From contig OX597824.1 in assembly GCA_951406725.2 (NCBI GenBank), forward strand, positions 12,462,001-12,526,000: 64,000 nt of DNA. The letters are read 5' to 3'. Of this stretch, positions 1 to 12,513 are shown one piece after another (position 1 is the first letter of the stretch; each line of letters starts with the position of its first letter). Position numbers and translations under genes: made by a program. Source of the DNA: Octopus vulgaris. Lineage: Eukaryota. The notes under the pieces were generated by a model that was not told the origin of the DNA, made no database searches, and was given only the letters and a program-made list of their open reading frames with translations.

Positions 1-12
1 CTTGAGGTAGTA

Positions 13-100
13 ATGCAGTACGATCGTTTCATGCAACTCGATTTAATTGAACAATGTAATCATTACATCAATTTAAATGCGGAGCAATCCTCAGCTGCAT
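13..100 (-). ncRNA. Type I hammerhead ribozyme motif (long stem II), in an inverted pair with a degenerate copy at ~152-241
   Basis: Minus strand reads ATGCAG-CTGAGGA-[long stem II]-GAAAC-GATC-GTA-CTGCAT. Stem I ATGCAG/CTGCAT is perfect, stem III ACGATCGT is palindromic, cleavage triplet GUA. Confidence 0.8.
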
Positions 101-299
101 AAATACATAGAATTAAACAAATGGATTAATTCAATTTAATTTTCTGTCTTTATACAACTGAGGATTGCTCTGCATTGAAATTGATGTAATGATTGCACTG
201 TTCAATTAAATGGAGTTGCTTGAAACGATTGCACTGCATTACCTCTGTATATCCTTGTTGCTTAGTTTGATTATATATATATATATATATATTTCTGCC

Positions 300-807
300 C
301 TCTTTCTCCCTCCCTCTTCCCCTTCCCTCTGCTCCCTCACTCCCTCTCTCCCCTTCTCTCTCCCCCTCTCCCTCCCCCTCTCCCTCCCCCTCTCCCTCTT
401 TCCTCCTTCATCCCCCTCCTCCCCAATCCTCTCCTCTTCCCCCTCTCCTCCCCCTCTTCTTCCCCTCCCCTTCTCTCCCCCCTCTTCTCCCCCCCCTCTT
501 CTCCCCCCTCTTCTCCTCACTACACCACATGACTTTACACATCACATCACATATGATGTGCCATACTAATACACACACCAACTAATACATACTAATACGT
601 ACTAATACATACTAGTACATACTAATACATACACCAACCCTATACATACACACGTCCAGACCCCGCATACGCACTTATACTCTCTCATACACACACACAC
701 ACACTTATACATACCAATACGTACTAATACATACTAATACCTACTAATACATACACCAACCCCATACATACGCACGTCCAGACCAATCCTACGCACTAAT
801 ACTCTCT

Positions 808-844
<37 letters not shown>

Positions 845-1211
845 ATACATACTAATACATACACCAACCCTATACATACACACATCCAGACCCCTCCTAC
901 GCACTATTAGCTGGTCCCTCAACCCTTTTATCCACCCTATTATCTCCCCTTATTTCGCTCTCGCGTCTCATGTTTGATCTTTGACCTCTGGCCGAAATCA
1001 GATCGCCATGTTGATTCGTTAGCTACTGCACGCATTTTTTTCTCTCCTTCTTTCTGTGTTTTTCTCTCTCTGTGTATCTTTCTGTTGAAGAGCGTAGGCT
1101 CGAAACGTTAAAGACTTGTTTTATTTATATTTCCTGAGCGCCATACTAATACAATTGTTCGTTTGTTTTCCACCTGCCTTCGTCTTTTGTTTATTTTCAT
1201 AAAGCTTTCCG

Positions 1212-1213
<2 letters not shown>
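300..1213 (+). mobile_element. Probable Penelope-like element 3' end: C-rich and tandemly repeated tract, then minimal hammerhead-like motif at 1077-1114, then tail and (TA)n
   Basis: TCTTT-CTGTTGA-A-GAGC-GTAG-GCTC-GAAAC-GTT-AAAGA. Related copy at ~3620-3772. Layout resembles the 3' end of the element at 9859-11603. Confidence 0.55.
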
Positions 1214-1250
<37 letters not shown>

Positions 1251-1254
1251 TATA

Positions 1255-1480
1255 GGCGTAGGAGTGGCTGTGTGGTAAGTAGCTTGCTTATCAATCACAT
1301 GGTTCTGGGTTCAGTCCCACTGCGTGGCACCTTCGGCAAGCGTCTTCTACTATAGCCTCGAGCCGACCAAAGCCTTGTGAGTGGATTTGGTAGACGAAAA
1401 CTGAAAAGAAGCCCGTCGTATATATGTATGTATATGTGTGTGTATGTGTATGTTTGTGTGTCTGTGTTTTGTCCTCCTGT
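1255..1480 (+). mobile_element. SINE family 1 (CORE-like, resembles octopus OR-type), 5' half
   Basis: ggcgtaggagtggctgtgtggtaagtagc...ggttcagtccc head; repeated many times in the window. Confidence 0.8.
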
Positions 1481-1532
1481 ATTTTCTTTTAACCAAAGCC
1501 AGGAACTTTTCAGCATCCCCTCGTGTGTATAC

Positions 1533-1611
<79 letters not shown>

Positions 1612-1622
1612 TATATATATAT

Positions 1623-1681
<59 letters not shown>

Positions 1682-1745
1682 ATGCGGATAAACAAATTAA
1701 ATATATTAAATATAATAGCTTGGGTATGAAATGCAATATATATAT

Positions 1746-2147
1746 GGAGTGGCTGTGTGGTAAGTAGCTTATTTACCAACCACATGGTTCCGGGTTCAGT
1801 CCCACTGCGTGGCATCTTGGGCAAGTGTCTTCTACTATAGCCTCGGGCCGACCAAAGCCTTGTGAGTGGATTTGGTAGACGGAAACTGAAAGAAGCTCGT
1901 CGTATATATGTATATATATATATGCGTGTGTGTGTTTGTGTGTCTGTGTTTGTCCCCCCAACATCGCTTGACAACCGATGCAGGTGTGTTTACGTCCCCG
2001 TCACTTAGCGGTTCGGCAAAAGAGACCGATAGAATAAGTACTGGGCTTACAAAAGAATAAGTCCCGGGGTCGATTTGCTCGACTAAAGGCGGTGCTCCAG
2101 CATGGCCGCAGTCAAATGACTGAAACAAGTAAAAGAGTAAAAGAGTA
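1746..2147 (+). mobile_element. SINE family 1, full length
   Basis: tRNA-like head, ttgggcaagtgtct CORE-like block, internal (TA/TG)n, tail gactgaaacaagtaaaagagtaaaagag. Confidence 0.85.
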
Positions 2148-2474
2148 AATATATGAATATTTATGTATGAATATAAATATAGCTATTTATATATTTATAC
2201 TTAAATATTCATCGTCTGAAAGCCGCCACCTTCTGCTTTCTCTCGTTTTGCATGTATAGATATATGCATATTTTGTATTTCATACACAGGGTGTTGCATG
2301 TAATGTATTTAATTGCCTCTGTTCCATATTTGCTCAACTTATAGCCATTGTCTACCCGTGGAAATGATCCCCTGTAAAGACAGTGGAATCTAAGTTTGAA
2401 TCATTTGATCACTAAGTTTTTTTTATACTGAGAATCTCTAGAACTCATCCGTTGACAATATATATATATATATA

Positions 2475-2645
2475 AAATACAAAATGGGACAAGAACGCAA
2501 AACATCCGGAGAGTTAGGTGATACAAAAAGGGACAACAAAACATCCAGAAAGACGATGCAAAGAAAACAAGGACGGGTCATTCGAAGCCCTCTATCCTCA
2601 GTCAAGCACCAGATTATCCTCGCAATCTCAGCTGATTATTCTTGA
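2475..2645 (-). mobile_element. Short (TA)n-anchored repeat, related to 9680-9838
   Basis: Shares cttgactga(a/g)ga...ttcgaatg..cgttcttgtcc..ttgtatttt with 9680-9838; unclassified. Confidence 0.45.
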
Positions 2646-2797
2646 TACACACACACAATTTAGAACACACATATACACGGTATATGTTTTGTGAGTTCGT
2701 AGGCAGGCTGCAATTGTAGTGTAGGCGTAAGAGAATATATTCACCTGAATTCGCCTGGTGTTAAAACACCTGGAAATCATAGACAAGCGAGATAACG

Positions 2798-2800
<3 letters not shown>

Positions 2801-2867
<67 letters not shown>

Positions 2868-2908
2868 ATATATATATATGTATGTATGTATATATATATG
2901 TATGTATG

Positions 2909-2957
<49 letters not shown>

Positions 2958-3017
2958 TTATTATATAGAAGGAGCTTCTACAGGACTAGAACTGTTTCAT
3001 TCAAGAGAAATCTTCAG

Positions 3018-3063
<46 letters not shown>

Positions 3064-3087
3064 ATATGTATATATATAAGTATGTAT

Positions 3088-3128
<41 letters not shown>

Positions 3129-3440
3129 ATATATATATTTGTATATACATATATGTATGTATGTATGTATGTATATATTTGTATATATATGTATGTATGT
3201 ATGTATATATATTTGTATATATATGTATGTATGTATATATATGTATATATATATATATATATATATGTGTGTATGTATGTATATATGTATATATATAAGT
3301 ATGTATTATGTATGTATGTATATATATGTGCCCCAGCATGGCCACAGTTCATTAGCTGAAACTGGAAAAATCAAAATCAAAAATCGAAAAACCATATGTA
3401 TGTATATATATGTATGTGTATATACATATATGTATGTATG

Positions 3441-3518
<78 letters not shown>

Positions 3519-3534
3519 TGTATCTATCTATCTA

Positions 3535-3620
<86 letters not shown>
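2801..3620. repeat. (TA)n/(TATG)n microsatellite complex
   Basis: Visible directly; source of spurious YI/MYVC ORFs. Confidence 0.95.
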
Positions 3621-3623
<3 letters not shown>

Positions 3624-4249
3624 TTTCTCTCATTGTTTCTTTCCGAGTTCCATTTTGTGGAAGGGCGTAGGCCCGAAACGTTAAAGACTTTTTCACTTCC
3701 CGAGCGATATACTAATACATCTGTTTGTTATCTATACCACTTGTCTTCGTCTTTTGTTTTTTTGTGAATTCTATATGTATATATATATGTATATGTGTGT
3801 GCGTGTATTTGTGTGATAGTACGTGCGCGTATGTGTGTGCTCTTATAGACCCATGTGTGCGTAAGTCTGCGTATTTCTGTGTGTTTGTGTGATTACAGAA
3901 TGTTCTCGGTGCAGTCGTTTGCACTTGTGGCTCATTCAATGCCTATTTGTTTCTAGCGAGTGTAGATGACGGGTGATAATGTAACCTAATTTGACAGTTC
4001 CATTGACGCAGATTCCTAACGAATTAGATATCTAAGTCTATTTCAGCAACGAGAACTGAGAGTGGTGGAAGAATGAAATGTCACAGTCTCAATCCGGGTA
4101 CTTACTGCGCGCTCACACACCCAAGCACACACATGCACAGTGCACATTTCTTCGTAGTAGTCTCTTGGGTTGATGTTCATTGCAGCCGTATCATAATTCT
4201 CTATCAAGACGCTTGCAAATTTCAGGTCGTGTTATTATTAAAAGCGGTT

Positions 4250-4691
4250 AACATGGCGGCAAGCAGGAAAATGCTTAGCAGCCGGGCAAAATGCTTAGTA
4301 GCATTTAGTTTGTCTTTACGTTCAAATTCATCCTTTCCTGGTCGATAAAATAAGTACCAGTTGAGTACTGGGGTCGATGTATTCAACTCATCCTACCCAC
4401 CCCGAAATTGCTGGCCTTGTACCAAAAGTTAAAATCATTATTAAAAGCTGTTAACAAGGCGGCGAGCTGGGCAGAAACGTTAGCACGCCGGGCGAAATGC
4501 TTAGCGGTATTTCGTCTGCTGTTACGTTCTGAGTTCAAATTCCGCCGAGGTCGACTTTGCCTTTCATCCTTTCGGGGTCGATAAATTAAGTACTAGTTAC
4601 GCACTGGGGTCGATGTAATCGACTTAACCCGTTTGTCTGTCCTTGTTTGTCCTCGCTGTGTTTAGCCCCTTGTGGACAGTAAAGAAATAGG
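4250..4691 (+). mobile_element. SINE family 2 (Meta-domain-like core), two tandem copies
   Basis: aaggcggcgagctggcagaaacgttagc head, gagttcaaattcc B-box-like, core gtcgactttgcctttcatcctttcggggtcgataaattaagtac; both copies preceded by ttattaaaagc(g/t)gttaaca. Confidence 0.8.
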
Positions 4692-5152
4692 TATGTATGT
4701 GTGTGTGTGCGTGTGTGTGTGTGTGTGTATGTGTGTGTGTGTGTGTGTGTGTGTTTGTGTGTGTTTGTGTGTGCGTGCGTGTGTACTGAGAACCAAAACC
4801 TGTCCGCCATTTTTTCCTCATGGCAGATTACGTCTGAATTTGCTTCAAATCATGCAGTGGGAAATATTTTGGCTTGGAATCGGTTAAATTTTCACATGAC
4901 AACCATCTCGATTGATTGTGTTGATTGAAACGTGTGTCTTTGCGGGCCATGCGCAAAACCAGAAGAAAAGATATTGGCGATGGGCCAACGAGATAAATTC
5001 TCTCTTAAATCATTTCCTTAGAATCTGGTTGGGAAAAAAAATGGACATTGTGGACAATGTAGTCCTAGATACACTACGATGTATGAAAGCAAAGATTGAA
5101 TGGTTGTATCTGGAATTGCTCCGATCGTAGGTCTACTAAATCATAACCAAGT

Positions 5153-5420
5153 TAGAAGAAGAAGAAGAAGAAGAAGAAGAAGAAGAAGAAGAAGAAGAAG
5201 AAGAAGAAGATGAAGGAGAAGAAGAAGAAGAAGAAGAAGAAGAAGAAGAAGAAGAAGAAGAAGAAGAAGAAGATGAAGGAGAAGAAGAAGATGAAGAAGA
5301 AGAAGAAGAAGAAGAAGAAGAAGAAGAAGAAAAAGATGATGATGATCATGATGAAGAAGAAGAAGAAGAAGAAGAAGAAGTAGTAGTAGAAAAGAAGAAG
5401 AAGAAGAACAACAACAACAA
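5153..5420. repeat. (GAA)n microsatellite
   Basis: Visible directly. Confidence 0.95.
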
Positions 5421-5519
5421 TAACAACCACATTGACTACAACAAAGATGATGGCGAAAATACTAAGAACACCACCTCCGCTACGATCACTAATATTGATT
5501 GCAAAGCCTGGCCCAAGGC

Positions 5520-5885
5520 TACCAATTTTGAGGCAGGCCAGCACTCGTCGATTACATCGGCCCCAGTAGTAAGTTGGTACTTAATTTATCGACTCCGAAG
5601 GGACGAAAGGCGAAAGTCGACCTCGGTGCAATTTGGCCTCAGAACATTAGACAGGAGAAATGCCGCAGAACATTTTGTCCGGGGTGGCTAACAATTTTTC
5701 TTTACTTACTGCCCACAAGGGCTACATACAGAGGGGACAAACAAGGACACACAAACGGATTAAGTCGATTACATCGACCCCAGTGCGTAACTGGTACTTA
5801 TTTAATCGACCCCGAAAAGATGAAAGGCAAAGTCGACCTCGGCGGAATTTGAACTCAGAACGTAGCAGCAGACGAAATACCTAAT
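5520..5885 (-). mobile_element. SINE family 2 composite
   Basis: Two reverse-complement cores gaaaggc(g)aaagtcgacctcgg. Confidence 0.75.
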
Positions 5886-5958
5886 TCTTTACTACCCACA
5901 ATTTGACGCAAACCAAACTGGGGCTCCCGGACTTTACGTTTGTATATTTTTACATTGA

Positions 5959-6370
5959 GGCGTAGGAGTGGCTGTGTGGTAAGTAGCTTGCTTACCAACC
6001 ACATGGTTCCGGGTTCAGTTCCACTGCGTGGCATCTTGGGCAAGTGTCTTCTACTATAGCCTCGGCCGACCAAAGCTTTGTGAGTGGATTTGGTAGACAG
6101 AAACTGAAAGAAGCCTGTCGTATATATGTATATATATATATATATATATATACATATGTGTGCGTGTGTTTGTGTGTCTGTGTTTGTCCCCACCAACATC
6201 GCTTGACAACCAATGCTGGTGTGTTTACTCGTAACCTAGCTGTTCGGCAAAAGCGACCAATAGAATAAGTACTAGGCTTACAAAGAATAAGTCCTGGGGT
6301 CGATTTGCCCGACTAAAGGCGGTGCTCCAGCATGGCCGCAGTCAAATGACTGAAACAAATAAAAGAGTAA
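5959..6370 (+). mobile_element. SINE family 1, full length
   Basis: Matches 1746-2147. Confidence 0.85.
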
Positions 6371-6729
6371 AGAGAGTAAGTAATTGCGTCACATGACTCT
6401 ACTCTACCGACGGTTCTTGCATAATTGAAATTAAAGAAAGTAAGAAAGAAACTATATTTCTCTATAAAACGTTCACTGCAGTATAATTACTGTGTTAGCA
6501 GTATACTTTCTTAGCTGAGTTCGAATTGGCAAAATTTCAGGTTAGATTGTTCTGCAGTGCTAAATTTATAAAGAATCTTTTACAGGAGTTTCTTGAACTG
6601 AACAAAAAAAAAAAAAAAAACAATTGGTAGACAGCTTAAACTTTCTTCATAGTTGGTGTTGTAGGAATACGTGAGTTAATAAGCTAGGGAATAGTAATGA
6701 ATTAAAATTACGTCTTTAATGACAATAAC

Positions 6730-6945
6730 GGTTCCAAATTTTGGCACAAGGGCAACAGTTTCGAGGAATAGGGTCAGTCGATGTAATCGATCGCAGTACT
6801 CCACCGGTACTTATTTTATCGACCTCGAAAAGAAAGGACGAAAGGCAAAGTTGACACCAGTGGAATTTGAACTTAGAACGTAAGGACTCACGAAGTGCTG
6901 CTAGGCATTTTGCCCGGCGTGCTAACGACTCGGCCACCTCGCCGC
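6730..6945 (-). mobile_element. SINE family 2, diverged
   Basis: Reverse-complement head and core. Confidence 0.7.
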
Positions 6946-7034
6946 TTTAGCCTTTTATGATAACAATCATTTTCTGTTTCTGTCCGAGAGGGTAGGGGAG
7001 ATAACCTTGGAATTTGAAGTCATTTTATATTTAA

Positions 7035-7426
7035 CTAGCAGTATCGCCCGGCGTTGCTCGGGTTTGTAAGGGAAATAACTGTATAAGCATTTTTAGAGAG
7101 TTATAGCCAAAAACTACCAAAAAAAATGCATTAAAAATGGAAAAAAATTGATGGTAATTTTTTTTAAAATTGTTGACTCATCGTAGACATTTTTAGAGAG
7201 TTTCTTCCCTTATATAATAGCGAAAAAATGCATTAAAATGGAAAAAAATGATTTTTTTAAAAAATCGTAGACTCATCGTAGACGCGCGCTAATACCCAGA
7301 AGGGCTCGATATGAATCACGACTATAAGATACCCGGTTTTGGTTAAACTGCACCGCAAAATGTGGGAGTAGTTAGGAATCTAAATCGTAGGAGACAGACA
7401 CACAACTTCTCTTTTATATATAAAGA
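7035..7426 (-). mobile_element. Non-autonomous Helitron
   Basis: Minus strand starts A|TCTTTATATATAAAA and ends CCCGAGCAACGCCGGG (hairpin)-CGATACTG-CTAG|T: canonical Helitron termini and A|T target. Confidence 0.85.
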
Positions 7427-7804
7427 TTAAATATGAAATTAAATTGGGTAATGTGTCTGAGCTTTAGTAACGGTGCTGTGAGAATATTGCAATGAAATAT
7501 AATCTAATTGCTAGTGTAGATAATAAATGAGCAGAGAAATGTGTGTGTGTGTGTGCGTGCGTACATGTGTACGTGTGTGAGTGTGTATATATGCGTATTT
7601 ATGTGTGTGCATGTGTGTATGTGTGTGCGCGCGGGTAGTCGTAAGCTCAACCCATTTAATTCCTCATATCATTTATATTCTGTATGTCAGACTATTTTAT
7701 ATCCATACAGATGTACATATTTTTCTGTATTAAATGTATTTAATATTCTGTGTAAATCGAATTGTTTAACTGACTGTCTTTACATTTACTTGTGTGTGTG
7801 TGTG

Positions 7805-7855
<51 letters not shown>

Positions 7856-7895
7856 GTGTGTTTGTGTATATATATATGTGTGTGTGTATATATAA

Positions 7896-7952
<57 letters not shown>

Positions 7953-7956
<4 letters not shown>

Positions 7957-8165
7957 TCCAAACATGAAAACACAAAGAGAAAACACAACAACGCGAGGAC
8001 GTGGAACAAATATAGTATTATTGGACGCTCAGGAAAGAAGGGAAGAAGGAGGGTTTAACGTTTCGAGTGGAGCTCTTCGTCGGAAACATAGAAGAAGGAA
8101 AGATCCAGAGAAGGGAAGACAGAGGAAAAAAAAATCACCAAAAAAATCACACGAGGTCACATTTT
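7953..8165 (-). mobile_element. Short (TA)n-embedded element with minimal hammerhead motif (8053-8087); second copy at 28495-28702
   Basis: Minus strand: GTTT-CCGACGA-A-GAGC-TCC-ACTC-GAAAC-GTT-AAAC. Confidence 0.65.
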
Positions 8166-8235
8166 GAATATTTAATATATATATACATATTAAATTTTTG
8201 AATATCATTTTGAATATTTAATATATATATACATA

Positions 8236-8530
8236 TTAAATAAGTACCAGTTACGCACTGGGATCGATATAATCGACTTAATCCGTTTGCCTGTCCTTGT
8301 TTGTCCTCTCTGTGTTTAGCCCCTTGTGGGTAGTAAAGAAATAGGTATTTCGTCTGTTTTTACGTCCTGAGTTCAAATTCCGCGAGGTCGACTTTACTTT
8401 TCATCCTTTCGGGGTCGATAAATAAAAGTACCAGTTACACACTGGGGTTGATGTACTCAACTTAATCCCTTTGTCTGTCCTTGTTTGTCTCCTCTATGTT
8501 TAGCCCCTTGTGGGCAATAAAGAAATAAAG
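8236..8530 (+). mobile_element. SINE family 2 partial dimer
   Basis: Core plus tail tttagccccttgtggg repeated twice. Confidence 0.75.
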
Positions 8531-9132
8531 AAATATCTTGGTTAGTGGCTGGGTGCACAGTAGGGCTGGCGGGCCCGTAGCTATTGCCATATCATCTTTC
8601 TAGGAGAGAGACGCTCTGATATAAAACTTGCGGTTTCACGTGATTACTGGTCATTCTTTGGTCAGTCGCTTGGTACTAATCACAGAGTCCCAGAGAGTGG
8701 TACTCATCTTGTACAAGCGTTTGTCACTATAACCGAATGATGTGCAGATGTCTGTTTAATTATGATCACATTTGTTATTCCATCCACTTAAAGTCCTAAA
8801 GAGATGCACAAATGGCGGAGTATGCAGACCTTACCAGTTGGAAGCACACAGAAAGCTATAACTTCAAACCGTACAGACCGGCTGCGGAACTGAATAGTTA
8901 TCCGAGAGGTCATGGACAGAACGTCAGAAATGTCAATGACACGGAGGAAGCACAAGGAGACAGCAATTATCTGTGAAGATGAAGCAGTCACCAAACACGC
9001 GCGCGCGCACACACACAAACATGCACGCACACACACAAATGCGTACGTGTGTATACATGAGTGTGTTCACGTATATATTTATGTATTTATACATGTACGT
9101 ATGTATGAATGTATTTATGTATGCATGTATGC

Positions 9133-9173
<41 letters not shown>

Positions 9174-9274
9174 CATTATTATGCAAGTCAAACAGTGATA
9201 GTCATAAACCAAAACATAAATAACAAATAATATATATTTTTATACATATACATACACACACATACATACATGCA

Positions 9275-9391
<117 letters not shown>

Positions 9392-9858
9392 CCATCGTCA
9401 CGTTAACATCGTTGTTTTTCGTCCGCCGCTATAAAGGCTTTTTCCAATGCGCCAGAGAAAAATTTGTTTGCTTGTTATCAGTCGTAAGACACTGTTGTTT
9501 TCACCGTTAATGCTTCTGTATTTCATGTTTCTGTATTCCATTATTGTTTTTTTTTTTTTTTTTTTATATCTGTCCCTTTTGCTGTCCTGGTGTCCGTATG
9601 CATTCGATCCTTCTTCCAGGAAATCTACGCTTCCAGCTTAGTTTTTCTAATGCTCGTTGCTTAGTTTTCTTGGAGGGCTGGCCGTGATCTAGTAATCTCA
9701 AGATTAATCAGCCGAAATTACTACGATGATCCGGTTCTTGACTGAAGACTGAGGTTTCGAATGTCCTGTCCGTGTTTATTGTGTCGTCTTCTAAGAGTTA
9801 TACGTTCTTGTCCATGTTGTATTTTTCTACATACCTTAATATATATATATATATATAT

Positions 9859-11603
9859 ATAGATAAATGGAAGAATGGAGTCGAATGTCGATTTAACAAA
9901 ATTCCTTTATTAAGGATTGCATTCTCTAACACTAGAAATCTATCGCAAATTATTGCCTCCCATAATAACAAGCTGCTAAACAAGGATTCTTCACCCGGGA
10001 GTTACAACACTATTCTTACCAATTCCAACCAAACATACAATAATAATAATAGAAATAGTATTGATAATAGCAACATTCATAACAGCGTTGGCATTAACAG
10101 TGGTAATATTAATAATAATATTAGTCGGATTATTAACAGTGGTAGTGTTAGTGGTAACAACGACAACATTTCTAATAACAGTGGTAGTATTGATGATAAC
10201 AACGGCAGCATTTCTATAGTCAGGGATATTACCGGCGATAGTACAATTAATAATAATAATAACAATAATACAAATAGTATAGTGGTCAGTGCTAGCAGTT
10301 ATATTAACAGCAACCATAACAATAAAAACTCCGTCTTAGTCTCGGAGGTAAACTCTAACAGATTAAAGTTCTTGTCCAGTAATTCCAAAATTAGAAATTC
10401 CGTTTACCAGTGTAAGGTTTCTTCCGGTACCGGTGTCTTCTTCTATGTTGGGGCGACTACTTCTAAATTATCCCAGAGGATTTCCAATCATTATTCAACT
10501 TTCCGCGATAAGAGGAAACAACAAAGTACAGGACTAAGTAAATTAGTTTGGCGTCTTAAGGACAGCAATATAACTTTCAAGCTGGAATGGTCCATATCGT
10601 CTGTATCCTTTCCTTTTGATAAGGGCAGAAAATATTGTGCCGTCTGTAATTCCGAGCTTTTCTATATACTTTTCGCCAAATTCCCTTTAGTAAACACAAT
10701 GGTAGAAAAATCCTATAGGTGCATGCACTGGCAGAAACACACCTTCCACTCATATGAATGATGATTAATATAGATAACCTCCTTGAATTTAATAATTTGG
10801 TTCCAATTCTACAACACCATAGACAAATTTTTTTATACTCCGTTACTTGAAAGCCTACTACCAAATTCGTTAGGGTATGTTTCTACCTTTGTCTCTCTAC
10901 CTCTCCCCCCCTCTCTCTCCATCTCTCTATCATAAGCACAATCAAACACACAGACACAAACCTGTCACTTCACCACTAGATGTATTTGGCATTTATCTCC
11001 CCACACAAACAATCACGCACCCACATACACACACATAGACACGAATGCAGTTACATACATACACACACATATGCACTCAATCTCATTGGCAAAAGCAAAC
11101 AACAACGCATCACCATACATACGACTTGCACTCTGTCACCCCCCTATTCTTAGAACTTTCCCCTTCCAACCATTTTTGAACTCTTTAGAATCTTCTCCAT
11201 CCAACCAATTTTGACGTCACTGCTTATAACGGAATATTTTAAAGAAACACTCATTATCACTATGGACTCCGTGTGGGCAGTCATCTAAAAGATTTTGTTC
11301 GTCATGATGCTGACATAAGTTCCTTGTCTTTCCTGATGAGAAGGCGGCATAATGCACCCTTTATTCCTTCGGAATTAAGAATATGCAGTCTTCGAAACAT
11401 ATGTCGAGAATAAAGGAATTTTGTTAAATCGTCATTCGACTCCATTCTTTCATTTATCTATAGTAAAAAAACACAAATTTCCACACGTAAAGCACGTGAT
11501 TTCTGCCCTTGGCATGTAGCTTCAACCGTGCTTTCTGACGTAAATTTGCTACCCGGGTATCGGTTAACCGAATTATCCATACTAGGATAATTCATTCAAC
11601 TAC
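9859..11603 (+). mobile_element. 5'-truncated Penelope-like retroelement (GIY-YIG endonuclease, hammerhead-bearing pseudo-LTR, short inverted 5' repeat)
   Basis: ORF to 10761 with NSVYQC...FYVGATT..L.QRISNHYSTF..STGLSKLVWRLK..WSI..CAVC..RCMH (PLE GIY-YIG). 9859-9911 is an inverted copy of 11409-11461. Flanked by microsatellites. Confidence 0.85.
11320..11418 (+). ncRNA. Type I hammerhead ribozyme motif in the Penelope pseudo-LTR
   Basis: CTGATGA 11333-11339; stem II GAAGGCGGCAT/ATGCAGTCTTC; GAAAC; palindromic stem III ACATATGT; GUC at 11403-11405; stem I ttccttgtctttc/gagaataaaggaa. Confidence 0.8.
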
Positions 11604-11654
11604 TTAAACACACACACACACACATATATATATGTATATATATATATATATAGA

Positions 11655-11730
<76 letters not shown>

Positions 11731-11732
<2 letters not shown>

Positions 11733-12133
11733 CGCAGGAGTGGCTGTATGGTAAGTAGCTTGCTAACCAACCACATGGTTCCGGGTTCAGTCCCACTGCG
11801 TGGTATCTTGGGCAAGTGTCTTCTGCTATAGCCCCGGGCCGACCAATGCCTTGTGAGTGGATTTGGTAGACGGAAACTGAAAGAAGCCTGTCGTATATAT
11901 GTATATATATATGTGTGTGTGTGTTTGTGTGTCTGTGTTTGTCCTCCTAGCATTGCTTGACAACCGATGCTGGTGTGTTTACGTCCCCGTCACTTAGCGG
12001 TTCGGCAAAAGAAACCGATAGAATAAGTACTGGGCTTACAAAGAATAAGTCCCGGGGTCGATTTGCTCGACTAAAGGCGGTGCTCCAGCATGGCCGCAGT
12101 CAAATGACTGAAACAAGTAAAAGAGTAAAAGAG
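11731..12133 (+). mobile_element. SINE family 1, full length
   Basis: Matches 1746-2147. Confidence 0.85.
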
Positions 12134-12225
<92 letters not shown>

Positions 12226-12434
12226 TACTGGGAGAAGAAGAAGAAACAAAACGAAACGGAACGAATCGAAAGGTTCGTTCCATGCTTGTTTTTACGTTTT
12301 CGTTCTCGTTGAGTTCTGCGTCTATTTGTGGTGTCCTGTACTCACGTATATATATTTATATATGTATGTATATATACATGTAGATGTAGGTAGGTACATA
12401 TATGTATGTATGTATGCATATATTTTATTTATTA

Positions 12435-12470
<36 letters not shown>

Positions 12471-12513
12471 GTTTGTGAATGAACGCACAGTGACCTTAAC
12501 ACTTCAAAATATT

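Noticed and set aside
2758-3767. Long ORFs of YI, MYVC, HT or poly-N/L/F type (also 15370-16452, 33835-34633, 36497-37870, 39292-39995, 59049-59810)
   Set aside because: They are translations of microsatellites that lack stop codons; no protein signal
4795-5150. 72-aa ORF in non-repetitive sequence
   Set aside because: No motif or splice context that I can support
9735-9770. CTGAAGA...CGAA hammerhead-like string (and CTGAGGA...CGAA at 2581-2602 on the minus strand)
   Set aside because: No convincing stems I-III and GAAA is incomplete; kept only as an unclassified repeat
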